Origin: an uncultured delta proteobacterium
Lineage (GTDB): Bacteria > Desulfobacterota > WTBG01 > CAIYCZ01 > CAIRTM01
NCBI GenBank assembly: GCA_963804955.1
Contig: CAWDSQ010000007.1
Span: forward strand, 224,001-288,000
DNA length: 64,000 bases
Direction of reading: 5' to 3'
Part shown: one piece after another, positions 1-9,282 of the stretch
Layout of the letters: each line of letters begins with the position of its first letter
Numbering within the stretch: the stretch's first letter is position 1
Position numbers and translations under genes: made by a program
The notes under the pieces: generated by a model
The model's input: only the letters and a program-made list of their open reading frames with translations
Database searches by the model: none
Told to the model about the DNA's origin: nothing

Positions 1-679
1 TAATGAGCAGAATGAAGGAACACTCCTCACTTTGATCCCGGACCTGCCGGCCCATCCCATTCTGGCAGGCGTCAATTCCTTCGACGGAGGATCTAACAGC
101 TACCATGATGTCGTAACCCTAACGGCTGGCGCGACCCAGGTGGCTCATTGGAGCAACGACGTTCCGCTGGTTGCCACGAAACAGAAGGCCACCGGGATAA
201 AAATCGTGGGTTTGAACTTTTTTCCACCCTCCAGCGATGCCAGATCGGACTTCTGGAATGCAACAACAGATGGCGCCCTGCTGATGGGCAACTCGCTGGG
301 CTGGGCGGCCTGTATTGATAATGACAATGACACCTATGGACAAGGCTGTGCTGCAGGGCCTGACTGCGACGATACGGATGTTTTTTACACCGACATCTGC
401 CAGGACTGCCAGGTAAAGGTTATTCCCAAAACCTTTGGCAGGCTGATTGGCGGCCAGGAGAAGAGCAGATGGCTGCTCATTATCGGGGAGCGGGGGATGG
501 ATTTCGGAGATAACGCCACGATCAGATGGGAGTCAAATGCGATAGAGGTTGTTAAGACGCATGTGTTTTTCAAACGGTTCATGTTAATGCAGGCGAAGTT
601 CAACGGTGAGCCGCTTGAGATGCAGGACTACCGTGTGCTCGTCAACAGCTGCGAAGGCAAGATCACCTGGGCGAGATGA
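1..679 (+). CDS. 5'-truncated, probably secreted protein with Cys/Asp-rich metal-binding motif and C-terminal domain of unknown function
   Basis: Frame is open from the window start; contains CIDNDNDTYGQGCAAGPDCDDTD; followed by a terminator. Confidence 0.7.
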   Translation, partial: NEQNEGTLLTLIPDLPAHPILAGVNSFDGGSNSYHDVVTLTAGATQVAHWSNDVPLVATKQKATGIKIVGLNFFPPSSDARSDFWNATTDGALLMGNSLGWAACIDNDNDTYGQGCAAGPDCDDTDVFYTDICQDCQVKVIPKTFGRLIGGQEKSRWLLIIGERGMDFGDNATIRWESNAIEVVKTHVFFKRFMLMQAKFNGEPLEMQDYRVLVNSCEGKITWAR

Positions 680-727
680 TTGCCGACAGCGTTTGCTGAG
701 GTTTTAATCTGCTGAAACCGAAACAAT

Positions 728-770
728 AAAAAGCCCCGTTCACTTTGTATCCTTTTGAACGGGGCTTTTA
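728..770 (+). terminator. Intrinsic terminator, possibly bidirectional
   Basis: AAAAAGCCCCGTTCA...TGAACGGGGCTTTTT inverted repeat with A/T tails. Confidence 0.75.
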
Positions 771-950
771 ATGCATGGTGGAATAAGAAAGCAGAGGCTA
801 CCGGTCTATATTATGGTGGTCCAAGTAAATTAAAAGAAGTCCACACTCGCATGTAAACGCCCTGGCCGCAATACGAGACTCAGTTTTTTGCATGTTAGAT
901 TTGGTAAGCTTGAATTTTTAAGTCTGTCGCCATTTTTCGCATTTTGAATT

Positions 951-971
951 CGGCGGGTTAGCACCCGTCCT
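951..971. repeat. GTAG-family REP hairpin interrupted by the IS110 element
   Basis: CGGCGGGTTAGCACCCGTCCT plus AC at 2515-2516 rebuilds ...CCCGTCCTAC; intact relative at 29034-29056. Confidence 0.75.
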
Positions 972-1084
972 TCTATGAGGACCGTTGTCAAGCCTCGGGT
1001 TAATTTTTTTTGTTTTTTTCTTTCTTTATCTTTTGATACTCATTCCGTTTTGGCCGGTTGGGCTTGTCGTTTTCCGGGAACCTT

Positions 1085-1245
1085 GCCCGGAACCACCTTC
1101 TATCCGTGCCGGTATTATAACCGTGCATCCACATACTGCGTGCGCCAATTGGCGTCAGTCCAACCAGTTTAAGAAGCCTTCAATCTACAAAGACGGTGCT
1201 TTTAGACCCAGGGCGGGTACGAAGGGCTTCACCAACTGGAATGCC
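1085..1245 (-). ncRNA. Putative bridge/seek RNA with target-binding and donor-binding loops (ends approximate)
   Basis: Minus-strand segments ACCCGCCCT (1210-1218) and TGTAG (1185-1189) match the target halves; CAGTAT (1133-1138) and ATAGAAG (1097-1103) match the donor halves; the target pair is enclosed by a stem and the donor pair flanks an internal hairpin. Confidence 0.75.
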
Positions 1246-1277
1246 TATCAAATCCTTTTCCTCCTGTTGTATGTCCT

Positions 1278-2420
1278 TTATGCCATCTTCAGTATCGCGC
1301 CTTCCGGCACGATGTCGTGATCAACATACTTCCACAGCGCTATGAGCAGTTTTCTGGCCAGCGCCACGATCCCTATTCGCCTCATCCGCTTGTTGCCCCC
1401 TCCAAAGCGCTCATGAAACCACGTGCTTAGCTTACTGCCAGGCTGCCATCTCAGCCATCCCCAGGCTAGCTCTATCAGCAAAGCTCGAATCCGCCGATTG
1501 CCCGCTTTGCTTATCCCTTGCTCAATCTGCATATCCCCGCTGCTGTAGGGCATTGGCGCAAGACCCGCTGCACCTCCCACCTGCTTCACATTCTTGAATT
1601 CCCGCCAGCCAAAAAACTCATAGATCAAATCCCATGAACTGATCGGCCCAATTGCCCGTATCCGGGCAAGCTTGCTTACCTTGCGCATTTGTTCAGGACT
1701 TGCCGCAAGCTGCCGCTTCTTTTCCTCTTGTATCTGCCTCAGCTGCCGGTCCAGCACCCCTATCCGTTCATACTCCCGCTTCATCTCCTGCACGATATGC
1801 TCTGGCAGTTTGCTGCCATCCCAGGCTCGCACTTCCTCAAGCAGCTTCAGGAATTTACTGCCTACCTCTGCATGTATCCCATACAATACAAGTAATGACT
1901 TTATCCGGCTTACATGTGCTCCCCGTTCCTTTAACAGCCGATCCCGCTCTCGGTTGAGTCGCCGTTCATCTTCCTGTTCCTGTGTCGGAACCCGTACCAC
2001 ACTCCAGACTTTCTGCTCTCCTCCCAAGTGCCGTATCAGCATGGTTAACAACTTTAACCCATCTACCCGGTCCGTCTTGGCCCGCCGATGCCGCCGGTTC
2101 ACTTCGATACTGGCCGAGTCCACCACGATATTCTTTATCCCTATGCTCTCCAAATACCGATGTATCCAAAACCCGTCTCGTCCCGATTCATAACAGCTGT
2201 ATATGGCGCAATCTTCATCCAGTCTAAAATGCTTCCGGGCCTTGACCAGCTCTTCCTTAAACTCTTCAAGATCTGCTGATGTTATTGTTCGCTCCCTCCT
2301 GCGTTGCCCGTCCCCAAACGTCAGTTTCCATTTCTTGTTGGACAGTTCAAGGGATATGTACAAAACCTGCTTACCTGTGCTATTCTTTGCCTCGGTTTGG
2401 ATCATTTGATTGTTCGCCAT
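1278..2420 (-). CDS. IS110-family transposase/recombinase (RuvC-like DEDD domain plus Tnp domain)
   Basis: 380 aa; motifs SLELS, YESG, KTDRVD, IGPIS, PYSSG..QGISKAGN, ALARKL. Confidence 0.95.
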   Translation of the reverse strand: MANNQMIQTEAKNSTGKQVLYISLELSNKKWKLTFGDGQRRRERTITSADLEEFKEELVKARKHFRLDEDCAIYSCYESGRDGFWIHRYLESIGIKNIVVDSASIEVNRRHRRAKTDRVDGLKLLTMLIRHLGGEQKVWSVVRVPTQEQEDERRLNRERDRLLKERGAHVSRIKSLLVLYGIHAEVGSKFLKLLEEVRAWDGSKLPEHIVQEMKREYERIGVLDRQLRQIQEEKKRQLAASPEQMRKVSKLARIRAIGPISSWDLIYEFFGWREFKNVKQVGGAAGLAPMPYSSGDMQIEQGISKAGNRRIRALLIELAWGWLRWQPGSKLSTWFHERFGGGNKRMRRIGIVALARKLLIALWKYVDHDIVPEGAILKMA

Positions 2421-2462
2421 GTTTGTCTCCTTTATGCTGAAAGTTATTGACGTGACTTTTTC

Positions 2463-2490
2463 AGCATATCCGAGACGTGACGCCTGTCAA
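2463..2490 (-). promoter_or_regulatory. Sigma70-like promoter for the IS110 transposase
   Basis: Minus strand TTGACA-N16-TATGCT upstream of AAGGAG RBS; both hexamers conserved in the second copy. Confidence 0.5.
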
Positions 2491-2752
2491 ATGATCCGTT
2501 CCTTCACAGTATCTACAGGCTTTGAGCGGCCAGTTGCCGCATGTTGTGCCTCCCAGCCGCCAGCAATATCTGGCCTCGCACAGAGCTTTAAATGTTGCGT
2601 ACGGGTCGCCTTTCGTCGTGACAAAATGTGATTTAATGTATTTTTCTTGCACGCCTAACTCTTTGAAATAACTAAAAGCCTTGGCTTATCTGTAGCTTTT
2701 CACCTCTAAGGTCGCCCCGATTAAAGCCGGAGTCGTCTCTGCCATATATTCA

Positions 2753-2780
2753 AGGTCTGCTGAAAAGCAGACCTTTTTTA
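2753..2780 (+). terminator. Intrinsic terminator-like hairpin
   Basis: AGGTCTGCT-GAAA-AGCAGACCT followed by T run. Confidence 0.55.
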
Positions 2781-2835
2781 TAGGTTAACCGGTGCCGCAA
2801 CATCTGCCTATGGGCTCGCAACGCACTGTAATAAC

Positions 2836-2864
2836 TTGACCTTGAGGCTAATTTTTAGTATGCT
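2836..2864 (+). promoter_or_regulatory. Sigma70-like promoter of the CoA transferase
   Basis: TTGACC-N17-TATGCT about 65 nt before the ATG. Confidence 0.5.
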
Positions 2865-2930
2865 TACAATTATTTTCCAGGTTTTGAATATCTGCATTTA
2901 TGTGCCATACAATCTTATTGGAGGTTTGCC

Positions 2931-4199
2931 ATGGAAGAAATGAAACCCGGACCACTGAGCGGCGTGACCATTCTTGATTTCACCTGGGTGCTTGCAGGTC
3001 CCTTCGCCACCAGAACACTCGCCGACATGGGCGCCTATGTTATCAAGGTGGAGCGCTACAAAGACGGCACCAATGAGCGGCATCTGCCGCTGATCGTTGA
3101 AAATGAAGGTGTCAAGCAAAGCTCCTACAATATCAATTGCAACCGCGGCAAAAAAAGTATCTGTATCAATCTCAAGGATCCCAAGGGCATGGAGCTGATT
3201 CACGAGCTCATCAAAAAATGCGATGTGCTTATGGAAAACTTCGCTCCCGGCGTCATGGACCGCCTGAAGCTGGATTATGACTCAGTAAAGAAGCTCAATC
3301 CCAAAATCATCTACTGCTCGGTTTCCTGCTTCGGCCACTGGGGCCCGTACTCCCATAAGCCAGGCTATGACATGATCGCCCAGGGCGCAAGCGGCTGGAC
3401 CGACCAGAGCGAGATTCCCCAGATCGCGCCCGTCTCCATAGGCGACATGAATGCAGCAGTGCATGCAGCCGTTGCCATCTGCGGCGCTCTGTACTGCCGC
3501 GAAAAGACCGGCATCGGACAGAACATCGATATCTCCATGATGGACTGCCTGTTCTCTTTTCATGAAAACACCCTGCCGTGGTATCTGCTGACCAGCGCCA
3601 TCGGCAAGCCTGTGGAGCCGCCCCGGATCGGCCGCCTGCATCCGGGCTATGCCCCGTACGGAATATACAAATGCAAAAACGGCTATATCGTCATCGCCTC
3701 CCTCACCCAGCCCCGCTGGGAAGGCATCGTGAAGGCCATGGGCGAAAAGTACAGCTGGCTGCTTGATGATCCCCGCGCAGCCACCGTTTCAACACGCTGC
3801 ACACAGGAAAACGCCCCCTTTATTCATGAGGTGGTTGAAGAGTGGACCATGTCATGCGCTTCAGCGGAAGAGGCCGAGCGCATTCTTGAAAAGCACGAGA
3901 CACCCTGCCTGCGCACGCGCACCATCAAGGAGCTTGCCGACAATGATGAGCATGTGAAGGCACGCGAAATGATGGTTGAGATCGAACAGCCGTTTGTCGG
4001 GAAAATGAAAATGTACGGCAGCCCGCTGAAGATGTCCGAAACGCCCTGCTGCGTACGCGGCCATGGCCCCCTGCTGGGCGAGCATACGCGGGAAGTGCTC
4101 GGAGATGTTCTCAAGTACGGCAAGGAGCAGATAGATGCGCTCTATTCAGGCGGAGTTTTGTTTCAGGAGCCTGCCGTGGAAATGCTTGAAAAAAAATAA
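2931..4199 (+). CDS. CoA-transferase family III (CaiB/BaiF)
   Basis: PLSGVTILDFTWVLAGPF, NRGKKSI, ENFAPG, PGYD, GDMNAA; GGAGG RBS. Confidence 0.95.
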   Translation: MEEMKPGPLSGVTILDFTWVLAGPFATRTLADMGAYVIKVERYKDGTNERHLPLIVENEGVKQSSYNINCNRGKKSICINLKDPKGMELIHELIKKCDVLMENFAPGVMDRLKLDYDSVKKLNPKIIYCSVSCFGHWGPYSHKPGYDMIAQGASGWTDQSEIPQIAPVSIGDMNAAVHAAVAICGALYCREKTGIGQNIDISMMDCLFSFHENTLPWYLLTSAIGKPVEPPRIGRLHPGYAPYGIYKCKNGYIVIASLTQPRWEGIVKAMGEKYSWLLDDPRAATVSTRCTQENAPFIHEVVEEWTMSCASAEEAERILEKHETPCLRTRTIKELADNDEHVKAREMMVEIEQPFVGKMKMYGSPLKMSETPCCVRGHGPLLGEHTREVLGDVLKYGKEQIDALYSGGVLFQEPAVEMLEKK

Positions 4200-4217
4200 A
4201 CTAAACGTGCATGAAAA

Positions 4218-4252
4218 TAAAAAAGGGACGGCCTGCAGGCCGTCCCTTTTTT
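4218..4252. terminator. Bidirectional terminator
   Basis: AAAAAAGGGACGGCC-TGCA-GGCCGTCCCTTTTTT between convergent genes. Confidence 0.8.
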
Positions 4253-4272
4253 ATTGCTGCCGCAGCTGCAGG

Positions 4273-4662
4273 TCAGGAGGAGGGGGAATGCCCTTCCAGT
4301 TTTTCTATCTGCTTTACGACATATTTGCGCAGCAGATAGGCCTGCCGCGAAATCCTAAAGAGGTCCTGCTCCAGCATGTACAGGTTGTCCATCTGCATAT
4401 TCTGGGCAATGGTTTTTATTGAACTGACCTCGCTTTCAATGGCTTCATGTCCCGGCTCGATATAGTGGCCCTTGTAAAAATAGTCCAGCAGCGAGACGAG
4501 ATCGGGGGCGTTTTTTTCGCCGCAGCTTTTGCAGACCAACTGCTGGGTGTCGTTGAGAAAAAGGTCAAAAGGGCGCTGCGGCTCGGTTTTTTTTCCACAC
4601 AGGGCGCACAGGCCTGCGCTCACGGAACTGCCCGGTTTGATGGCAAGCTTGATATGTTCCAT
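4273..4662 (-). CDS. Hypothetical protein with two CxxC pairs (possible Zn ribbon)
   Basis: 129 aa, AGGAGG RBS, CALC and CKSC. Confidence 0.7.
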   Translation of the reverse strand: MEHIKLAIKPGSSVSAGLCALCGKKTEPQRPFDLFLNDTQQLVCKSCGEKNAPDLVSLLDYFYKGHYIEPGHEAIESEVSSIKTIAQNMQMDNLYMLEQDLFRISRQAYLLRKYVVKQIEKLEGHSPSS

Positions 4663-4853
4663 GCCATATCCTCCTTTGGTATGTGTGACAGTTTTTATTC
4701 TATGTATATTTTAGCATATATTTGTTTGCAATTAACGTTTCCTGTAGAAAATGTTGCGAGTAACTTTTTCGAAACTCCCGTGTTGAAATATTAGAGTATT
4801 GCAGAAAACCATATGCTGATATTAAAAAAGACGATGTGCGAAGGGAGATTGTC

Positions 4854-5039
4854 ATGAATGAAATATATACCTGCATTGCTTCAGGGCTCCGGGATGCGGG
4901 CCTGCCTGCAAGCACATTTATTGTTGAGCAGTATCTGGGGCGCAATGATTTCAAAGGGCTTATTGATCTGCTGATGAAAGCGCAGGAGACATGCAGTCTT
5001 AACAACCTTATAAGCATTTCATATAAAGCAGTGGTCTGA
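4854..5039 (+). CDS. Small hypothetical protein
   Basis: GGGAG RBS before ATG 4854; terminator follows. Confidence 0.45.
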   Translation: MNEIYTCIASGLRDAGLPASTFIVEQYLGRNDFKGLIDLLMKAQETCSLNNLISISYKAVV

Positions 5040-5041
5040 AT

Positions 5042-5077
5042 AAAAAAAGAGACAAGCCGCGGCCCGTCTCTTTTTTT
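5042..5077. terminator. Bidirectional terminator
   Basis: AAAAAAAGAGAC...GTCTCTTTTTTT. Confidence 0.7.
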
Positions 5078-5106
5078 ATCTCTGGCGGCAGATCCATTGA
5101 ACTTCT

Positions 5107-6582
5107 TTAGTTCTCCTTAAAGCTCCACTGTGTTCCCTGGGCTGAATCTTTTAAAATAACACCTTTTTCTGCAAGGCCATTGCGGATTTCATCCGATCTG
5201 GCCCAGTTCTTCTCTTTGCGGGCCTGCAAACGCTCGGCAATAAGCTCCTCGATCTCCTGCTTGCTGATGCCGTGCGACGCGCTGCCCAGCTCCTTCAAAT
5301 TTTCAAAATAGGCAGCAGGCTGTTTCTGAAGAATCCCGAAAACCTTGCCGGCACGGGCAAAAACTTTCTGAGCCTCACGGGCAAGGGCTTCATCAAGAGC
5401 AAAGCCTGAGTCTTTTTTACACCGGTCAACAATGCCGTTGAGCGTACGGGTCAGGCTGTGAAGATGCCCGAGCGCGGCTGCCGTGTTGAAATCATCATCC
5501 ATGGCTTCCTTGAATTTTTCAGGCAGGCCGCGCGCTTCATCAAGCGCTGCCTTTTCAGCCGCCTCAAGTACGCCTTCATCCTTTGCCGCTGTTTTAATGG
5601 TCTGCAGGTCAAGCAGCAGTGTGTAAAACCGCTCAAGGCCTATTTTTGCCTCGGTAAGGTTCTGGTCGGAAAAATCAACCGGGCTTCGATAGTGATTGGA
5701 CAGCAAAAAGAGCCGCACAACTTCGGGATGGTAGCTTTGCAGCACATCGCGGATGGTCAGGAAATTTTTGAGCGACTTTGACATTTTTTCGTGGTTGATA
5801 TTCACAAAACCGTTGTGAACCCAGTACCGGGCAAAAGGCTTGCCTGTTGTGCACTCGGCCTGGGCGATTTCGTTTTCATGATGCGGGAACACCAGATCCA
5901 TGCCGCCGCCATGAATGTCGAATGTTTCGCCCAGGTATTTCTGGCTCATGGCAGAGCATTCTATATGCCAGCCCGGCCGGCCCTTGCCCCAGGGGCAGTC
6001 CCACCAAGGCTCTCCGGGTTTGCTTTTTTTCCACAGCGCAAAATCAACAGGGCTTCGTTTGCGCTCATCGATATCGACCCGTGCGCCCGACAGCAAATCA
6101 TCGAGGTTCTTGCCCGACAGCTTGCCGTAGTCTGAAAAATTGCGGACCGAAAAGTAGACATCGCCGTCAACCTCGTAGGCCTTGCCCTTGTCGATGAGCG
6201 CCTGCACCATGGTGATCATCTCGGGGATATGGTGCGTGGCGCGCGGCGTGTGCGTGGGCATCTCGACACCCAGCGCCTGCATGTCATTATCAAATTCTTT
6301 TATGAAGCGCTCGGACAGCTCGTTGAAGGCAATGCCCTGTTCATTGGCCCGGTTGATGATCTTGTCGTCAATATCGGTGTAGTTGCGCACGAACGTGACA
6401 TCATAGCCTGCTGACTTGAGATAGCGCTGGATAACGTCAAAAACGACCATGGCGCGGGCATGGCCGATATGGGAAAAGTCGTAAACGGTGACACCGCAGG
6501 CATACATGCCGACTTTGCCCTCGCAAAGGGGCACAAAAATTTCCTTTTTACGGGTCATGGTATTGTAGATTTTCAGTGCCAT
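5107..6582 (-). CDS. cysS: Cysteine--tRNA ligase
   Basis: CGVTVYD, HIGH, GRPGWHIECSAM, KMSKS. Confidence 0.98.
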   Translation of the reverse strand: MALKIYNTMTRKKEIFVPLCEGKVGMYACGVTVYDFSHIGHARAMVVFDVIQRYLKSAGYDVTFVRNYTDIDDKIINRANEQGIAFNELSERFIKEFDNDMQALGVEMPTHTPRATHHIPEMITMVQALIDKGKAYEVDGDVYFSVRNFSDYGKLSGKNLDDLLSGARVDIDERKRSPVDFALWKKSKPGEPWWDCPWGKGRPGWHIECSAMSQKYLGETFDIHGGGMDLVFPHHENEIAQAECTTGKPFARYWVHNGFVNINHEKMSKSLKNFLTIRDVLQSYHPEVVRLFLLSNHYRSPVDFSDQNLTEAKIGLERFYTLLLDLQTIKTAAKDEGVLEAAEKAALDEARGLPEKFKEAMDDDFNTAAALGHLHSLTRTLNGIVDRCKKDSGFALDEALAREAQKVFARAGKVFGILQKQPAAYFENLKELGSASHGISKQEIEELIAERLQARKEKNWARSDEIRNGLAEKGVILKDSAQGTQWSFKEN

Positions 6583-6638
6583 AGCTTGATCATCCTCACA
6601 AAAGCATTTTATTTTCAGCCTGCAGGCTTGCAGGTTGT

Positions 6639-7106
6639 TTATTCAACCAGTGCCACGGCCTGCGCCGATATGCCTTCACCGCGGCCTTCAAAGCCCATGC
6701 CTTCGGTCGTCGTTGCTTTAATATTGACGGCATCAGGGGCTATCTGCAGGGCAGTGGCGATAGTGCAGCGCATCCGGTCCATGTACGGAGCCAGCTTTGG
6801 CTGCTGCGCCACGATCACGGCATCGATATTGCCGCAGCGCAGGTCTTTTTCAGTAAGCTTGTTCCGGACTTCAACAAGCAGCCTGATGCTTGAGATGCCC
6901 CGGTAGCGCTCGTCAGTGTCGGGAAAATGCCTGCCGATATCGCCCAGGCCGGCGGCGCCAAGCAGGGCATCGCATAGTGCATGCAGCAGCACATCTGCAT
7001 CGGAATGCCCGAGGAGACCCTTTTCATACGGGATATGTACGCCGCCGAGAATAAGGGGCCGGCCCTCCACCAGTTTGTGTGCGTCATATCCTATGCCAAC
7101 TCTCAC
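6639..7106 (-). CDS. ispF: 2-C-methyl-D-erythritol 2,4-cyclodiphosphate synthase
   Basis: GIGYDAH, GHSDADV, GDIG, KATTTE. Confidence 0.97.
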   Translation of the reverse strand: MRVGIGYDAHKLVEGRPLILGGVHIPYEKGLLGHSDADVLLHALCDALLGAAGLGDIGRHFPDTDERYRGISSIRLLVEVRNKLTEKDLRCGNIDAVIVAQQPKLAPYMDRMRCTIATALQIAPDAVNIKATTTEGMGFEGRGEGISAQAVALVE

Positions 7107-7801
7107 GTATGCAGCCTCCTGTGCAGTATCGCTTCGGCAAACAGCAGATCTTCCTGCGTGGTGATTTTAATATTATCGTAGGAGCCCATGATGACCGACA
7201 CGGGCACGCCCAGCCTTTCAACCAGCGAAGCATCGTCAGTCCCGGCAAAGCCTTCTGCGCAGGCTCTGCGGTGCGCCTCGCAGATGAGCTCCCGCTCAAA
7301 GGTCTGGGGCGTCTGGATAAGGTACAGGCGGTCGCGCTCAAGCGTTTGCTCGATCACAGCCGTATCTTTTGCAACTATGGTAACCGTATCCTTAACCGGC
7401 ACAGCCATGGTCGTGGCGCGTTTGCGCCTGGTTATCTCAAGCGCGTCGCAAATCATCCGCACGGTAACAAAGGGGCGCGCGCCGTCGTGGATCATGACCA
7501 GATCGACCTCCCCGGATACAGCGGCAAGCCCATTGCGAACCGAGTCCTGCCGCCGGTCGCCGCCCGCCACCACGGTCACCGGTTTTGCTATGGCACAGCC
7601 CTTCACAACCTGCTGCCGGCAAAAATCCTCCTGGCCCGGGCTCACCGTAACAATCAGCTCTGCAATATCAGGTGCTTGTGCAAACACCCGCAGGGTGTGG
7701 GCAAGCAGCGGCATGCCCTGAAGCATGATGTAGGGCTTTTTGATGCTGCCGCCCATGCGTTCACCACTCCCGGCTGCGGTGATAATTGCCGCGGCTTTCA
7801 T
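7103..7801 (-). CDS. ispD: 2-C-methyl-D-erythritol 4-phosphate cytidylyltransferase
   Basis: [28 protein letters not shown]. Confidence 0.97.
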   Translation of the reverse strand: MKAAAIITAAGSGERMGGSIKKPYIMLQGMPLLAHTLRVFAQAPDIAELIVTVSPGQEDFCRQQVVKGCAIAKPVTVVAGGDRRQDSVRNGLAAVSGEVDLVMIHDGARPFVTVRMICDALEITRRKRATTMAVPVKDTVTIVAKDTAVIEQTLERDRLYLIQTPQTFERELICEAHRRACAEGFAGTDDASLVERLGVPVSVIMGSYDNIKITTQEDLLFAEAILHRRLHT

Positions 7802-7885
7802 GTCACCTGCATCTCCATATAAAAAAAGCAGGCCCGAATGATATGGCCTGCTTTAATATTATCCAAATTTACATAAAAAGAAATG

Positions 7886-8381
7886 CTAATTTTCAAAGAT
7901 GGCCGCGATATTTTTCTCTACATGATCTTCTGTTGTTTTCTGGGCTATTGAAAGCTCTTTGACGAGCAGTCCTTTTGCGATATCCATCATACGGCGTTCG
8001 CCAAAAGAAAGGTCTTTGCCGATTTTCAGAAGAAACAGGTCACGCAGCACAGCCGCCACCTCATAGACCGATCCTGTTTTAATGCGATCCATATAATCGC
8101 GGTATCTGCGGTTCCAGGTCTGAGCATCCGGAGGCGCTGATTTTTTATCTTTTAGTATTTTATAAACTTTTGTTGCATCTTTATTGCTGATAACGCTTCT
8201 CAATGCCAACCTGCTCGACATTATCAGTCGGCACCATAATGGTCATACCATTGCCCAGTATGCGCATTATGTAAAATTTTTGTTTTTTATCGTGTCCAAC
8301 GGACATATCCTTTTCCTCAACAGCCTCTATAACACCTACGCCGTGGGTAGGATAGACCGCCATATCGCCTTTTTTAAACAT
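7886..8381 (-). CDS. carD: CarD family transcriptional regulator (one frameshift near 8215, probably a sequencing error)
   Basis: MFKKGDMAVYPTHGVGVI in one frame and WNRRYR...LSFGERRM in the next; conserved carD-ispD-ispF-cysS order. Confidence 0.9.
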
Positions 8382-8783
8382 AGAGCAATCCTCCCAATAA
8401 AATAAAATATATAATAAAAAAGTTAAGAACTTTGGCTGTTCCGTGGCCCCCCACGCCAAGTGCAGGATTTGTTATACATAATACAGTACGAAACGGTTTT
8501 TTTTCGTGCGGAACAGAAAATAGAATCAACCATGAATCTTATATCAAAAATTTAAAAAAAAGACAATGAAAAATATCAACTGCTAGGGGAGGGCTTAGGG
8601 CTTGATTGAAAAAAAATAAAGCAAATTAAGGACTTTGAATGGGGTTCTCCGGAGAGGCTTAAAAATGTTTTTATGTGCATGCCGGTAAACGACGGTGCAT
8701 CTATGGATACTTCGCCGGTATGCTGTGCATGGTAACCCGGAGCCGGCTTTATGCTGTCTGGCTACAGACAAGGCCCCGAACTT

Positions 8784-9050
8784 TTATCTGTTTATTCCGT
8801 TTTGCGTCTGCCGCAGTTCCCGCCGGAGTTTTTTTACCTCACGGCTGAGCCTGAACCGCTGTACGACATCAAGCAGGTTACCTGCCAGAACACCTATAAA
8901 AAACGGCGCAATGACAATTCCCCAGAGGGGGAATGTATCTGCCATGTCGCTGTAATAGGTCAGCGTTACGGCCTGGTTGTTGTGCATGGCAAAATAGATA
9001 AGAGCAAAAAGAACCGCAACAATGCCGCAGGTGTTAAGAAAAATTTTCAT
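8784..9050 (-). CDS. LapA-family small membrane protein
   Basis: Two hydrophobic helices, FAMHNNQAVTL, basic coiled tail. Confidence 0.7.
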   Translation of the reverse strand: MKIFLNTCGIVAVLFALIYFAMHNNQAVTLTYYSDMADTFPLWGIVIAPFFIGVLAGNLLDVVQRFRLSREVKKLRRELRQTQNGINR

Positions 9051-9087
9051 GACGCCTCAATACGCAGCACGCATGCTCTTTAGCACA

Positions 9088-9282
9088 TCAAGCTTTTTGG
9101 TCCTGCTGTTTTGATATGATGCCCGCTATCATCTCGCGGCGAAACCTCCACGAGTTTCCGACCCTGAATCCCGGCAGGTCGCCTTTTTTGACCAGTTTAT
9201 AGACCGTTATTTTTGAAAGCTTCAAAAATTCGGCCACTTCTTCAACTGTCATGATTTGTGAAGATTCTCTTGATGTTGTCAT
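9088..9282 (-). CDS. Excisionase-like helix-turn-helix DNA-binding protein
   Basis: MTVEEVAEFLKLSKITVYKLVKKGDLPGFRVGNSWRF. Confidence 0.85.
   Translation of the reverse strand: MTTSRESSQIMTVEEVAEFLKLSKITVYKLVKKGDLPGFRVGNSWRFRREMIAGIISKQQDQKA

Larger units (their letters stand above)
970..2514 (-). mobile_element. Complete IS110-family insertion sequence with CT core at both ends
   Basis: CT at 970-971 and 2513-2514; removal restores a REP; the same end is seen in the second copy at 28707; imperfect subterminal IR TGAGGACCG / TGAAGGAACG. Confidence 0.85.

Noticed and set aside
2650..2780. Riboswitch before the terminator upstream of the CoA transferase
   Set aside because: No recognisable aptamer consensus, and a separate promoter lies downstream of the terminator; an Rfam scan would settle it
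9088..9282. Excisionase marking an integrated element
   Set aside because: No integrase or att nearby and flanks are housekeeping; more likely a stand-alone HTH regulator
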